Program-made: the position numbers and the translations under genes | Source of the DNA: Conidiobolus incongruus B7586 | Taxonomy: Eukaryota | Assembly: GCA_000697335.1 (NCBI GenBank) | Contig: JNEM01007401.1 | Coordinates: 1-57,407 of the forward strand | Direction of reading: 5' to 3' | DNA length: 57,407 bases | Notes under the pieces: generated by a model | The model's input: only the letters and a program-made list of their open reading frames with translations | Told to the model about the DNA's origin: nothing | Database searches by the model: none | Part shown: positions 1-12,037 of the stretch, piece by piece | How positions within the stretch are numbered: the stretch's first letter is position 1 | How the letters are laid out: each line of letters begins with the position of its first letter

Positions 1-606
1 ATATATTAATTAAATATATTATTATTCATTTTATTTAAAATATTCCAAATAATGGATCTAACTATTATATAAAATTAATTATTCAAAAATTTTATAAAAA
101 TCTAAAATCCAATATAATATCATAAAGTGTTGATTTTTAATAATTTATTTTAATATATATAATAAATTTATTTTATATAAATTACTTATATAGATTTTGA
201 TAAAGTTTATCTATAATTTTTTTAACCTAAATTTTAATATATCTGATAAAATAGAATTAAAAAAATTTAATAAATTGGAATATTTTATTTATATACACCT
301 AAATAAAATGATATATAACCTTAATTTTTTTGTTAATACATAGTTTTTTCCTCTTATATGTTTAAAATTTAATTAAATAGTTCAAATAAAATTATAGAAT
401 TTTTTATTATTATAGGATTTATAATAATTTGTTTTCTTTTTAATTTATACTTTCAAATTTCAAACTTATATAAATTTTGTTATAATTTATAAAATTTTTC
501 CATACTATATCCTAAATCAAAAACTAATATTTATTTTTAATATTCTCAATATTTATTATAAATTAATAGTATTTAAAAAAAATTATATTAAAAAATTTAT
601 ATAAAG

Positions 607-1632
607 TTAATAATATATAATATATCTATTTAAATAATCTTAAATATAGATATTTATATGGTTAAAATAATTTTGGCAATATTGATTGGAAATTTATATA
701 TATCCAATTTGAATACCCTCATATAACTTTTTTAGTATTATATTTCAAAGTTCTTATATTATTCTCCCATTAAGAAAATATATTTTCAATAGGATTAAAA
801 AAATGAATAACTTGGGATAAAATCGAATATATAATTATAGCTCTCAATTATGTTTAATGTCTTTATATTTATGAAAACCTAGATTATCCATTATTATGAT
901 TATGTCAACAATATTTTGACTTTTGAAATATTCACATAGATAATAAATGAATACAAAAGATGATGATTTTTCATATCAAAAGTCCTGATGCTGGAATAAT
1001 ATTGGTTCTGACCTACTAATAGCTACTTTTAAAAAGATATTTTTAAGCTTAATTCGATCTACAATCTTAATAGCCTTTTGTCCTTTAGGTGCTTTTCCTG
1101 TTTTAGCTCTCATGCTAACTTGAAATCCAGCTTCATCAACAAAAATTATATTATCTTGGTTTTGTTCAGTGATATATTTAAGTAAACGGTGGGCATAGTC
1201 AATTTGCCCTTGGATTGCCTCAAGTGAATTCTTCTTTATTTGTTCACAATTAAGTCTTTTGATTGAGTAATTTAATTCAACTATTACATTATTAATTGTA
1301 CTAATTGCAAATGATATCCCATATCGCACTTCTAACTTTTGACAGATTTTATTTACTGCGATTAAAATATTATCTTCAATATATGATTTAAAAGAGAGTA
1401 TGTACTTTCAAAATTTTTTAGTTTCTTTTCCACGTTCCTTTGATCCAATTCTATCTTGTTTAAGGTAAATTTTAATTAGATGATTGGTGGTTACTCGATG
1501 ACATGAATAGAGTTTTGCAATAATTGATGAATCTTGACCTTTTAAATGAGTAGTAATAATTTGAGTCCTGGAATCGATTGACAATCATTTAGATGATCCA
1601 GAGGTCGATTGGCCAATAGTCGAAATATTCAT
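607..1632 (-). mobile_element. Degenerate IS630/Tc1-family (about DD34E) transposase relic
   Basis: ORF 976-1329 contains IIFVDEAGF (first D). Reading on across stops and frameshifts gives IIIMDNLGFHK (about 870-900), FNPIENIFS*W (about 768-800) and CQNYFNH. Upstream, an ATG at 1632 opens an HTH-like segment (SSK*LSIDSRTQIITTHLKG...IAKLYSCHRVT). No TIRs were found. Confidence 0.85.
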
Positions 1633-2719
1633 TATAATTATAATAAAGTGATATATTAATTATTTGGCTATATTGTATTAATAATAAAATTATTAGATAC
1701 ACTTATTATGTATATGTATATCAAAATTTTTAAATTATTCAGGTAGTTGAAATAACTAAAAATGTGAAAAATTTGACAAACAATTTTGAAAATTTTACTT
1801 TTCAGATATATTTTGAAACCATTTTAACTATTACTTTTGTAACGTTAAACTAATAAAGAATTAATTATAGTTTCAAATTAAAAAACTGTCTTACTTTGAA
1901 TTAAATTTGGATAAGAATATAAATCTGTAAAAATCCAATAAAACTAAACCAATTCATTAATGATCATACTTCTAAATTACTCAAAGAAATTCATTCAAGC
2001 GTAAATTTCATTGTAGTATAAACATCATTGAAAAAATCAAATAGAAGTGATGAAAAGATATTAAACCATTTTATAAACCCAAATATTATAAATTCACAGC
2101 ATCACATTTCATTCAAAACAAATACAGAATATCATCCCTAATTATTAATGAATCCATATCAAATCTGATTCAAAATTTTGATCAACTTTAGTTCAACCTA
2201 ATTTTAAAATATGATGTAATACTGCATTTTATGCATTAATAGACTATTTTAACTTCTTAAAATTTATGATAATAAATTGAAAAATAATACATTAATAGGA
2301 TATTTTATTACATAAAGTCCACAATTGATTTGTACTTTTTAATTATATAATATTTGTCTGAACAATATTTATTTTTGATTATATATTTTTGTAAAATATT
2401 GAATAAAAATTTCATACAACATTGAATATATTTCAATTTATATATAATCCGGATTGAATATTCAATAATTATTAAAATCAATTTTGAAATATCCAAGCAT
2501 TTAAAATTGATAATAAATTATTAAATATTCTTACTTTTAATGCAAAAATTCAAATTTTAGTAGAAACTGGTTAGCATAATGTATATTAATGAATGTATTA
2601 ATAAGAATTTTGGGAATTTTAATTCTTACTTAAGTGATTGTATTCAAGGTATAAATTCAGATATACTATAAGTACCCTTGGTCAATTCGCAAAATCACAA
2701 ATCTTTTTACTCTATCAAA

Positions 2720-2902
2720 ATATCAAATTTAATATTATTAGTGTTGTTTTTGACTGAAATTCGCTTCCTTTAGTCAAAACCTCAAGCTGCTCCAACTAAA
2801 CAAATTGATATTATTCAGTCAGACTGTCCACAATATGAGCAATCTAAATTCTTTTGGAATCATATATTGAAACCTGTTCAACTTTGTGGCTTCGTTTACT
2901 AG
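2720..2902 (+). pseudogene. Truncated duplicate of the 5' end of the downstream FAD oxidase gene
   Basis: Translates ISNLILLVLFLTEIRFL*SKPQAAPTKQIDIIQSDCPQYEQSKFFWNHILKPVQLCGFVY*, collinear with residues 1-61 of 3147-4598. Start ATG>ATA and CAG>TAG nonsense change. Confidence 0.9.
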
Positions 2903-3146
2903 AGTAATGGTTTGAATCAGATAATGTAAAAAAGAGGATAAAATGAAAATTATTCGGCCAACCAAATGTAAATATTATCTTTTCTTGAAATAGATAATTA
3001 CTTAAAATTTATTTGTTTCAAATCGTTACAACGCTAGAGGATAGACTGTGATAATACTTTTGGTAATTACATTCATGGAAAAAAGTATTATAAATTAACA
3101 TATTCGAAAAGTTCATGTAATCTCAAATCATTTATTCTTTATCAAT

Positions 3147-4598
3147 ATGTTAAATATATTATTATTTGTATTATCTTTGACTGAAATTGGCTTTGTCCAG
3201 TCAAAAACCATAATTTCTCCAACCAAGCAAATTGACATCATTCAGCCAGATAATCCTCAATATGAGCAATCTAAATTCTTTTGGAATAGTAGATTTAAGC
3301 CTGTTAAACCTTTTGGCTTTGTTTATCCAAAATGCTCTGAAGATGTGTCTAATGCTATCAAGTTTGCAAACCAAAAGAATCTCCCAATTGCTATTCGCTC
3401 AGGTGGCCACTCTCACGAAGGTTACAATCAAGGTGGCAATGATGGATATTTGGTGATTGATCTCGAAAATTTGAATAATGTTACCATTGATCCTCAAACT
3501 CAAATTGCTCAAATTGGTGGTGGTTCGAGATTGGGACGTGTCTATGGATCGCTCTGGAAAAGTGGTAACTATTCCATTCCTGCTGGATTATGTCCAACTG
3601 TTGGGATTGGAGGTCACGCTACTGGTGGTGGAATTGGTCTTTATTCTCGTGCTTATGGTATGGTTACTGATAACATCCGGGAAATGGAAGTGGTTACAGC
3701 AAATGGAGATATTGTAAAATGTAATAAAAATGAAAATCAAGACTTATTCTGGGCATTGAGAGGATCAGGAACTGGATCATTTGGCGTTGTTACCAAATTC
3801 CATATCAAAGCATTTCAAGTCAAGGACACTGTATTACGCTTTGATATACGGGTTCCTTTCACTGTTGAAACATTTCCCGATATCTTTTTGAAACTTCAAG
3901 ATTGGTTGGTGAAAGGAGCATCTGAAAAGATTGGTCTTATTATTGAGCTTTATCAAAACGATATTCGGGTTTTAGGTGTCATCTTAGGTGATTCAGTTGA
4001 AGAACAGGATAAATTAGCAAGAGGTATGCTTCAAGCTCTTCCTATTGATCAAAACACTTTCCCCTTCATTCGGATGCCATTCATCAATACAGTATTTGCA
4101 AATTCAGGAGATCCTAAAATCACAAAGGTCGAAGATCTAATCAATGTAAAAGGATGGAGTGAACAAACGTACTTTAAAGTACGCGGAGGGTATATTGATA
4201 AACCACTTACCAGAGAATTCCTTCAAGAATATGGGTATTATTTGAAGAAATGGCCTCAAAATACTTATACACAACTTCATGTAGAAGGAGGAGTTATAGA
4301 TCGTCCAGAACTCTTGAAAGAAACATCCGTGCCTTATCGTAATACACTTTTCAATTCTCAACTTATAGGATTTGCCAAAACCAATGAGGAGGGAAGTAGA
4401 ATAGAGAGAGCTTTGGACGAAGCATACAATCTTCTGTTACCAAACTTTAATGGAAGTTATGTTAATTTTATGGATGCTAAAGTTGAAAACTGGCAGGTTA
4501 GCTATTATGGTAAAAATCTTGCCAAGTTATCTAAGATCAAGTGCAAGTGGGACCCATTGAACAGATTTAATAATCCTAGATCTGTTCCTTTACCTTAA
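3147..4598 (+). CDS. Secreted berberine-bridge-enzyme-like (AA7-type) FAD-linked oxidoreductase
   Basis: Hydrophobic N-terminal signal peptide, RSGGHS (His-FAD), AGLCPTVGIGGH (Cys-FAD) and a C-terminal BBE motif YVNF...YYGKN..KL..IK.KWDP.N.F. Intronless, 483 aa. Confidence 0.93.
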   Translation: MLNILLFVLSLTEIGFVQSKTIISPTKQIDIIQPDNPQYEQSKFFWNSRFKPVKPFGFVYPKCSEDVSNAIKFANQKNLPIAIRSGGHSHEGYNQGGNDGYLVIDLENLNNVTIDPQTQIAQIGGGSRLGRVYGSLWKSGNYSIPAGLCPTVGIGGHATGGGIGLYSRAYGMVTDNIREMEVVTANGDIVKCNKNENQDLFWALRGSGTGSFGVVTKFHIKAFQVKDTVLRFDIRVPFTVETFPDIFLKLQDWLVKGASEKIGLIIELYQNDIRVLGVILGDSVEEQDKLARGMLQALPIDQNTFPFIRMPFINTVFANSGDPKITKVEDLINVKGWSEQTYFKVRGGYIDKPLTREFLQEYGYYLKKWPQNTYTQLHVEGGVIDRPELLKETSVPYRNTLFNSQLIGFAKTNEEGSRIERALDEAYNLLLPNFNGSYVNFMDAKVENWQVSYYGKNLAKLSKIKCKWDPLNRFNNPRSVPLP

Positions 4599-6329
4599 TT
4601 TTGATCCAACAATATATCTAAAATATGATATCGGTTAAAATTTTGATTTTATACCAAAGGCTAATAAATTTATTAGCATATAGAATATATATATTTAATA
4701 ATTGGATTTTTTTTTCTATTTTTATAAATCATATAATTATACAAAGGAAAATATCAGTCAAGCTCAAAACTTGAAAATAATGAATTTTGTAATTAGAAAC
4801 GTAATTCAACTTGCTGCTTGAATTAAACTCTTTGTGTGAATCAGATATATTTTTTTATAATAAATAAATGTATTATTTATATCAATAATAATGATGAGAA
4901 TATTATATTGGATTTTAAGTTGTTTTTTTAAATTTTTGTTAGTTGTTATTTATCATACAGATTCAATAGGTATCGAATTGAGAGAGTATTGTGCCAACAC
5001 TGATTCTATATATTTAACTAGAAAATATGTTATATTGTGTCAAAATCCTAATATCATTATATGTTATATATAACTAGCATTAAACATATCAGCCAAATTT
5101 TTAATCACATCTATTAATAGGATCTATATTAATACAAATATAAAGAGTATATTAAATATCTTTTTTGAATATATCAAGTTTAAAAATAATGTTATATAAC
5201 TTTTAAAATATTAAAATTTATTCTTATCAAGTATTAATATAATTTAATACTTATGAAAATTTATAAAAAAAATATTTATAATGAAAAATAAAGTTTAATT
5301 TACACATTTTACAATGATATTCTATCAGATTTATATTTGAATATTTAATAACACTTGATAAATAAATAAATACGATATGTATTATACCTTTTCTTTAATT
5401 ATTTACTAAAATTATCAAAATGAATCGATATGAATGTATATGTATATTAATTTGATATTTTAATTCTAATGGAGCTTATTAATAAAAGCACAAAAACCGT
5501 CTTCATTTTTGTCAATTAACTTATGAGTGGATCCGAATTTTTACAGAAAGTTTAGATTAAAAATTAACAATTACAAATTGTAAGCAAATTGGTAGAATGA
5601 AATTTTATTATAAAGCATCTATAAGATATATATATATATATATTTGTATTAAATCAAATATTAATAAAATTAAGAAATTTTGATTTAAATTATATAGTAT
5701 TTTATGTTATTAATTCCAAGTTACTTCAATATTTTTGAAAATCTTAACAAAACTTTAAAATTAATAAATTTATTCTATTTAAAAATTGATCCACACTTAT
5801 ATATTTATTATTTTAAATTGATAAAACATCATATATTCAAAAAATATTTCATAATCGTTACATAAATAATATAAGCATCTAAATTTATTATGATATCCAA
5901 AGGTTGATTAAAACATTATATACACCAATAAAAATATGACTAAGCCGGGAATTCATTAAAGTAAAATGTGCTCTGTTTATATGTATGTTGAAATAAAAGT
6001 TAAAACTTTATACATTCAAACACAATTGATTAATATATATTTAATTTTATTATCAAGCATATGATCCTAATAGCATAATTTAGAGTAACATGAGTAATAT
6101 ATAAAATATGAGTAATTAATTATTATTAATATATATATATATCAGAATATATGAATGATAGATATAACAATCAAATTATATGGATTATTATATTCAATTT
6201 TTAAAATAATAGTTATTTTAAAAAAAATCTGAAAAAATTAAATTGAAGTAAATTAATATAATTGATATAGATGAGCATGTTGAAATGCACAGAAAGCATG
6301 AGAATCAATTAATTATAAAATACTAATGG

Positions 6330-6600
6330 GTTATTAGATGTAAAATTCTGAATAATTTTAACTATTATACTTTATAGTGGCAAAAAATAATCATTTATCA
6401 AATATTGATTAAATTCAATTATTTTTTCACCTGAATTATACCGTTATTTGAGAAATAATAAACATTCTTAATATAATATACATTAATTTACTATAAAAAT
6501 GGTGGATTCAGAATAATGTTAAAGAATTTGCAAAATACACTTCAATAGGGTCATATGGACATTAAATGGATATAAAATATTTTGAAAATGATGCTTATTA
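6330..6600 (+). mobile_element. Possible highly decayed Tc1-like transposase fragment
   Basis: YTL*WQKIIIYQILIKFNYF resembles WT..W.KVIFSDESKFNLF. Downstream KNGGFRIML resembles KHGGGSVM, and GHMD..I*NIL resembles GTM...Y..IL. Weak; catalytic residues are lost. Confidence 0.35.
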
Positions 6601-8478
6601 TATGATTATGCTAGGATGAAAAAGATATTGTCAAAATTTTTCTGAAGGTTTGAAAATTGATTACAATTAACATTTATATAAATATGATTTTTGATAATTG
6701 AATTTAATAAATAATTTTATTTTTTTTAAATATTAAAATATATTTGCTTAATTTATGTTTATTATTACTAAAATCTGAATCAGTTATATTCAGTGTAGAG
6801 AATTTTATAGCAGGAAATTGGAAAAATAACAAAATAGTGGATTAATTACTGTTTTTATTGTAGATATATTAACTAGTTCCCAAATAGCTAGTCAAGTCAT
6901 TTACCTCATCGAGTTGTCTGATGATAAACTGTACATTTTAAAATATTAAAATATGTATTATACTTCTTGAGTTTTCTAAGACTATTAGAGTAAAATACTA
7001 TTTGATTGATATTATCAAATCATTTCAACTGCTAACTCACAAAACTAATTATTTTATTGGTGTTAAAGAGCAATTATGAAAGGAATCTTGATTCATAACC
7101 CAAATGTTGTATTGTATAAGCTAAATGTTAAAGATTGGAAGATGAGTTTCATAAAAATATTAAAAATGTATTCCGAAGGAAACCGATTTTATTGGTAATT
7201 ATTATTATTCATTAGTATGATTTTTGAGCATTAACTTAGTCTATTCTTTTGCTTTATATATTTTGTTGTGAACAAGTTTAATGTAAAAGTATTAATGAGT
7301 ATATAAGATTGCATAAAGGTCTATTATTGCATGAAATAAAACTATCCTGACTGCGGTTATTTCAAATTTTTATTTTTTTTTCTGATTTAAACATTAATAA
7401 AAATCAAAAATGAAGTATTCAGAAAATATTTTCTAAATATTTGTGTAGTTCTTCATATTAAAATTTAAATGAGAAAAGTACAAGAGCCGAGGCCATATAT
7501 CACGTGTAGGCAGAGTCCCTATTTCTGAATTCATATTGACATTACTTCTAATAACCATTAACCTTTAGTGAGAAAGTAAAATAAATAAAATAGTTTAAAA
7601 TTCAGTATTAATTTTAAATATAGACCAAAATGATGGAATTCTAGTGCTTGTGTAATATAAAAAAATAACAAATCAAATTTTAATAAATTGTATCAAGCTG
7701 TTGAGTTTTTGAATAATTTATTAAAGTTATATTATTAATTAATTTTTTGCTCCAAGCTCATTTATAAATACTGAAAATTATAAAATAACATATTAAATAA
7801 ATTTAGATAATTTAAACTTCAGCAATTATAATCATTTTGTTAACATGTACATCATTTTTCATTTGACCGAAATAAATAAGGATTAAGAATATTCATTTCT
7901 CAGGAAATTTTTAAATACTTTAGATTGAGTACAGATATGATATCATTTTTTAGGAATTATTCTAATTGTTTCCTTTTCTAATAAACCAATATCAAAGCTA
8001 TATTAAATAAAATGTGTTGGAATTTTACAAATTTGAATAAGTTATTTTATTATAATTACAATTCACAATATTTCATATTTTTACTAATTTAGATTCCACC
8101 TTCAAATGAACTAAATATGTTAGCAAGTTCATTTTAGTCACTTATCCCCTAGTTAATAGGTAAAAGATATCTATTTTATCTTATTTGTATTATTTTTAAC
8201 CAATGATCGATACTATTAAATCGTTTTCAACAGGTTGTTGTCACTATATAATTTTAAAAATTGAACAAATTCAAATGGGTTAAGGCATCCAATCAACAAT
8301 TGAAGTAACACAAACTTTATTCTGATGAGTAATTTTATTGATTGATAATTCAAATTAATTATTTAATATCCATTCACATCAATCTTATGTAGTATTAATA
8401 TCCATATTTATAAAGATATTCCTTTGACAATTTGTAATTATATAACTGACAATATTAATAATATAAAATAGTTTAAAA

Positions 8479-8506
8479 TATTATTATTATTATTATTATT
8501 ATTATT
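8479..8506. repeat. (TAT)n microsatellite
   Basis: About 9 tandem TAT units upstream of the 8817 gene. Confidence 0.85.
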
Positions 8507-8816
8507 GTTATTATCGATCTAATTTAATTGTTGTAATATTATTTGATACACTAACTATTTATTAATTTATCAATTTTAAAATTGAGAAAACAGCAAATTA
8601 CTATAAACTACTTCAATAAATCTAGCTTTTATTCTTACTTTTATTTAATCTTTACTATTTATAAAATATTATTAGGTAAAATAACTTTATTATTTATCAT
8701 GTTAACACTGAAATTTTATACAATTTATCAATTTTTAGTTAAGGATTTCACATTCAAACAAAACTTCAAAGGAATAATAACAGAAATTTCCAAGGAGTTA
8801 AAGTTTATATAATATA

Positions 8817-11489
8817 ATGGAAAATAAGAATGAAGGCTCAATAGTGCCTCCACCGAATCCTCAGCCTAAAAAAAGAGCTACATTTGATATCGATCGAATT
8901 CATCCGGACGATGCTAAAGATAAAGTATTTATTGGAATTATCAAAGCTTTAATAAAAATGGATAACAAGCCTTCTTCGCCAAAGGAATTGGCAGGGTTTA
9001 TTATAAAACACAAGTTGGCGGTTTTAGGTGGAGCGACCCCTTATGCTACAGTTTCTTCAAGAATTTCACAACATTTTAAAAGAGCTATCGAGCATAAACC
9101 ACCGAGAAAGCCCTTATTAGCGAAAAGCTTTGATGCAAAACATACTAGAAAAATTAGGTATTGCTTGGATTTGAATGAAGGTAACGAAAATGATTCAGAG
9201 GGATCTCACCCCAGCCCTACAAATAAATTACAGGATAGTATATCAAGTCTATTAAATACCAAGCCAAATTCTGCCTCATCCAGCTCAAACTCGATCAGAT
9301 CAAAGTCTGTTAATAGGGATTCTAGTCCATTTGAAGACTCTAGTTTGGATGTTATTGATGTGGAGTCAGAAGATGAAGACGTGGATGTTTCATCGACGAA
9401 AGAGGACTCTATTGAGAAAAAAGCCCCCATCATTGCTAAGAGTATAGTTAAAAGTAATGATCAACCACCGCCGCCAAAAAAGAGCAAACCTCCTTCTCCC
9501 AAACAACCTTCAATTCCTACTCCACCACCTGTCAAACCACAATCCAAACCTGCTGAACCAAATCCAATACGTACACCTCTTAGCACAAATAATCCCTTTG
9601 TATATAATTTCCTTAATAGTCAAAAGCTCAAAGTTTCGAGTAATTCAAAATCGACACTTAAATTCAGCTCACCGTATAAATCTAAGCCGACCTCACCCAA
9701 GCCATATGTTGCGTCAGCTTCATTGATTAATTCTGTTAATGGATTTAATGGTGTAGTGATTGAACCAACTCCAAGTCCAACACCTCCTGTGAAATTAGAG
9801 TCGATCAAATCTCCTAGAATACCCCGTCCTCCTCAACCAGCAATTCCTACCAGTGTAAATCCTCCCGCCACTGAAGATGCAAAAAAAGCACTTTCACCTC
9901 CTACCGCTTTGTCGCCCTATATAAATTTAAAACCTCCAGCATCGTTGAACAACTTTCTCCAAGATACGCTTTCCCCTCGCACTTCCGCTTTATTTGATCA
10001 TGATTTGAGAACAATACCTGATATTTCGTTCAAGATGGGTGCTACAAATACTCAATCAGCTACAACCACTCAGGGAACTAGCTCATTCCTTCTGCCTCAG
10101 CTTAAGGACCCAGTAAAAGTACCCACTTCTGAGCTTGATCAGTTATTTGAAACAAACTCTCTACCACAACCGCCATCAAATTCTTTAAATGGATTTGGCA
10201 ACAAGCATGTCTCATCTCGACCACCTCATCCCTTACGAAAAGATACAACCGCTACTTCTCCAGCTAAATCCAATCTTAAAACTATCACTAATTCTCTAAC
10301 CTCAACTTCGAAATCTCCTTTATTTTCTGCAATTGCTGGATCCAAAAAACCTTTGAATTCTACTGAGTTAGATGCATCACAAGCACTACTTCATCTTCCT
10401 ATATCACCTCAATTTAATGCATTTGACTCATCTTCCAATCCAAAACCTCCTTCCAATACACCAGATCGAAAATCGAGCCCCCCGCCATATTTCAGCATTG
10501 ATGATTTTTTGGCATCTCCCAGTCTAACTGGCTTTAAAGGAATGATGGATGTTGATCATAGTCATCTCTTGCCTGTGCCTACAGGACAAGATAATAATCA
10601 AACTAGTCCCATTATTCCTGGTGAAAGTTGGAGCAGTTTTGGAATTTATGTCACCCTTGCCGATAATCTACCAATTTTTGCTGCTAGATTTACCAGGTCG
10701 CCACGTCCCACTAATGGCAAGACTGAAGATAATATTCTTGCTGAATCTAATTCTTCAAATAACTCTAATTACGTTCTACTTACCAGATGGATCGATTCCG
10801 ATTATGTCAACGCAACAACATTATTAGAAGCAGGTGGTGTTACAACGAAGGAAGAGCAGAGTATTATTTTGAGTTTGGAACAGAGCTGTATTCAAATCAA
10901 CAAAACTGAATCTCCTTTACATGGTACCTGGATCCCCTTGCACCGAGCTCGTGCTCTTGCGATGACCTGCAATTTGAATCAGAAATTGGGTGCGTTTTTA
11001 GATCAAGATTTAGATAAACTTTTTCCCAAACCACTACCGCTAGACCCTACAAAACTCCCAGCCAGCTGTATTCCTTCATTAATCTTGAAAGGATGCTTAG
11101 ACGCCACCAAATGTCCAAAAATTCCCTATCACTACTCAGCTCATCTTAGATTCCGTCCAATTCCTCTTGTTCAACTTCCCCCTAACATTCTAGAGCAAGA
11201 GATGCTCATAGTCAACAATCGAGATCGAGAAGTTGGAGGTGTTGGCATATCACAGCCTATGTTTGACACAGTGAGCAGTGTCGAATCACTCAATCCCAGG
11301 AAATTTGGGCTTGAAAATAAGAAAGAACTTAATTTGTCCCTTTCAGCACCCCAATCTACATTTTTAACATCTAATAAGCCAGCTCCCAAAGTTAAGACTG
11401 AATATATTGAAGATGACGAAGAAATCAATATTGATGAAGATGAAGATGTTGATATTGGTGGTAGTGATATGGAAGATGATCTTAGATAA
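8817..11489 (+). CDS. Putative transcription or chromatin factor: N-terminal Gds1-like winged helix plus C-terminal KilA-N/APSES domain
   Basis: N-terminal DKVFIGIIKAL..MDNKPSSPKEL...LGGATPYATVSSRISQHF. C-terminal RWIDSDYVNATTLLEAGG...LHGTWIPLHRARALA. Long P/S-rich linker and acidic tail. Intronless, 890 aa. Confidence 0.8.
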   Translation: MENKNEGSIVPPPNPQPKKRATFDIDRIHPDDAKDKVFIGIIKALIKMDNKPSSPKELAGFIIKHKLAVLGGATPYATVSSRISQHFKRAIEHKPPRKPLLAKSFDAKHTRKIRYCLDLNEGNENDSEGSHPSPTNKLQDSISSLLNTKPNSASSSSNSIRSKSVNRDSSPFEDSSLDVIDVESEDEDVDVSSTKEDSIEKKAPIIAKSIVKSNDQPPPPKKSKPPSPKQPSIPTPPPVKPQSKPAEPNPIRTPLSTNNPFVYNFLNSQKLKVSSNSKSTLKFSSPYKSKPTSPKPYVASASLINSVNGFNGVVIEPTPSPTPPVKLESIKSPRIPRPPQPAIPTSVNPPATEDAKKALSPPTALSPYINLKPPASLNNFLQDTLSPRTSALFDHDLRTIPDISFKMGATNTQSATTTQGTSSFLLPQLKDPVKVPTSELDQLFETNSLPQPPSNSLNGFGNKHVSSRPPHPLRKDTTATSPAKSNLKTITNSLTSTSKSPLFSAIAGSKKPLNSTELDASQALLHLPISPQFNAFDSSSNPKPPSNTPDRKSSPPPYFSIDDFLASPSLTGFKGMMDVDHSHLLPVPTGQDNNQTSPIIPGESWSSFGIYVTLADNLPIFAARFTRSPRPTNGKTEDNILAESNSSNNSNYVLLTRWIDSDYVNATTLLEAGGVTTKEEQSIILSLEQSCIQINKTESPLHGTWIPLHRARALAMTCNLNQKLGAFLDQDLDKLFPKPLPLDPTKLPASCIPSLILKGCLDATKCPKIPYHYSAHLRFRPIPLVQLPPNILEQEMLIVNNRDREVGGVGISQPMFDTVSSVESLNPRKFGLENKKELNLSLSAPQSTFLTSNKPAPKVKTEYIEDDEEINIDEDEDVDIGGSDMEDDLR

Positions 11490-12037
11490 TCGCAAAATTG
11501 ATGTGAGCCACATTTTAATGATCGTTTACCATTCCAATTACGAATTTTTGGGGTCCAGGTGACTGTATGATACACTTAGAAAAATTACATTCTTTAAATG
11601 TAATTTTATTTCTTTAATCATATTTAAAAATAATTTGAATTTTGATACTTGAATAGTTATTGAAATTTGATTTAAATAAAGTTTTTTGCATTAATTTTAT
11701 TAAATTTTTGTATTAATGAATTCTATATTTATATTTTAACCAATTAAATATATATCTTTTATTTTTCCATTAAATATAAACTACCTATTTGCATATACTA
11801 CAATTAACTAATTGTTTTAATGATTATATAAGATGAAAATCAAAAACAAAACCCTTGTAAGATGCCCATTAATTATGGGATAATAAAATCGATTTCGTCG
11901 ATAATTTTACATTTATTGAATGCTATACAAACCTTGTTTAAATTATCAATAATAAGAATTGCTATTGTTTATTAACTCAACTATCTTAGTAAACATAAAT
12001 CAATTAAAATATATAACTCACCTCTCCACTTGATAAT

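Noticed and set aside
1..600. Extremely AT-rich block with faint retroelement-like peptides (minus NFKHIRGKNYVL resembling a gypsy RNase H end; plus YIDFDKVY)
   Set aside because: The hints are short, on opposite strands and mutually inconsistent, so no element can be supported.
2308..2496. 62-aa minus-strand ORF (similarly 4891-5073 and 8582-8812)
   Set aside because: I/K/Y/F-rich translation typical of chance ORFs in AT-rich DNA, with no motifs.
5512..5550. AACTTATGAGT resembling the U12 snRNA 5' region
   Set aside because: The match is only about 11 nt, and the downstream branch-pairing and structural elements are absent.
6915..6960. CTGATGA (hammerhead or C-box-like), also at about 8322
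   Set aside because: No GAAA/stem architecture or supported D box with a terminal stem.
9206..11575. Antisense and alternate-frame ORFs inside long genes (also in SulP, LTA4H, GCDH, UGGT, TBC and MECR)
   Set aside because: Shadow ORFs explained by the codon bias of the real genes.
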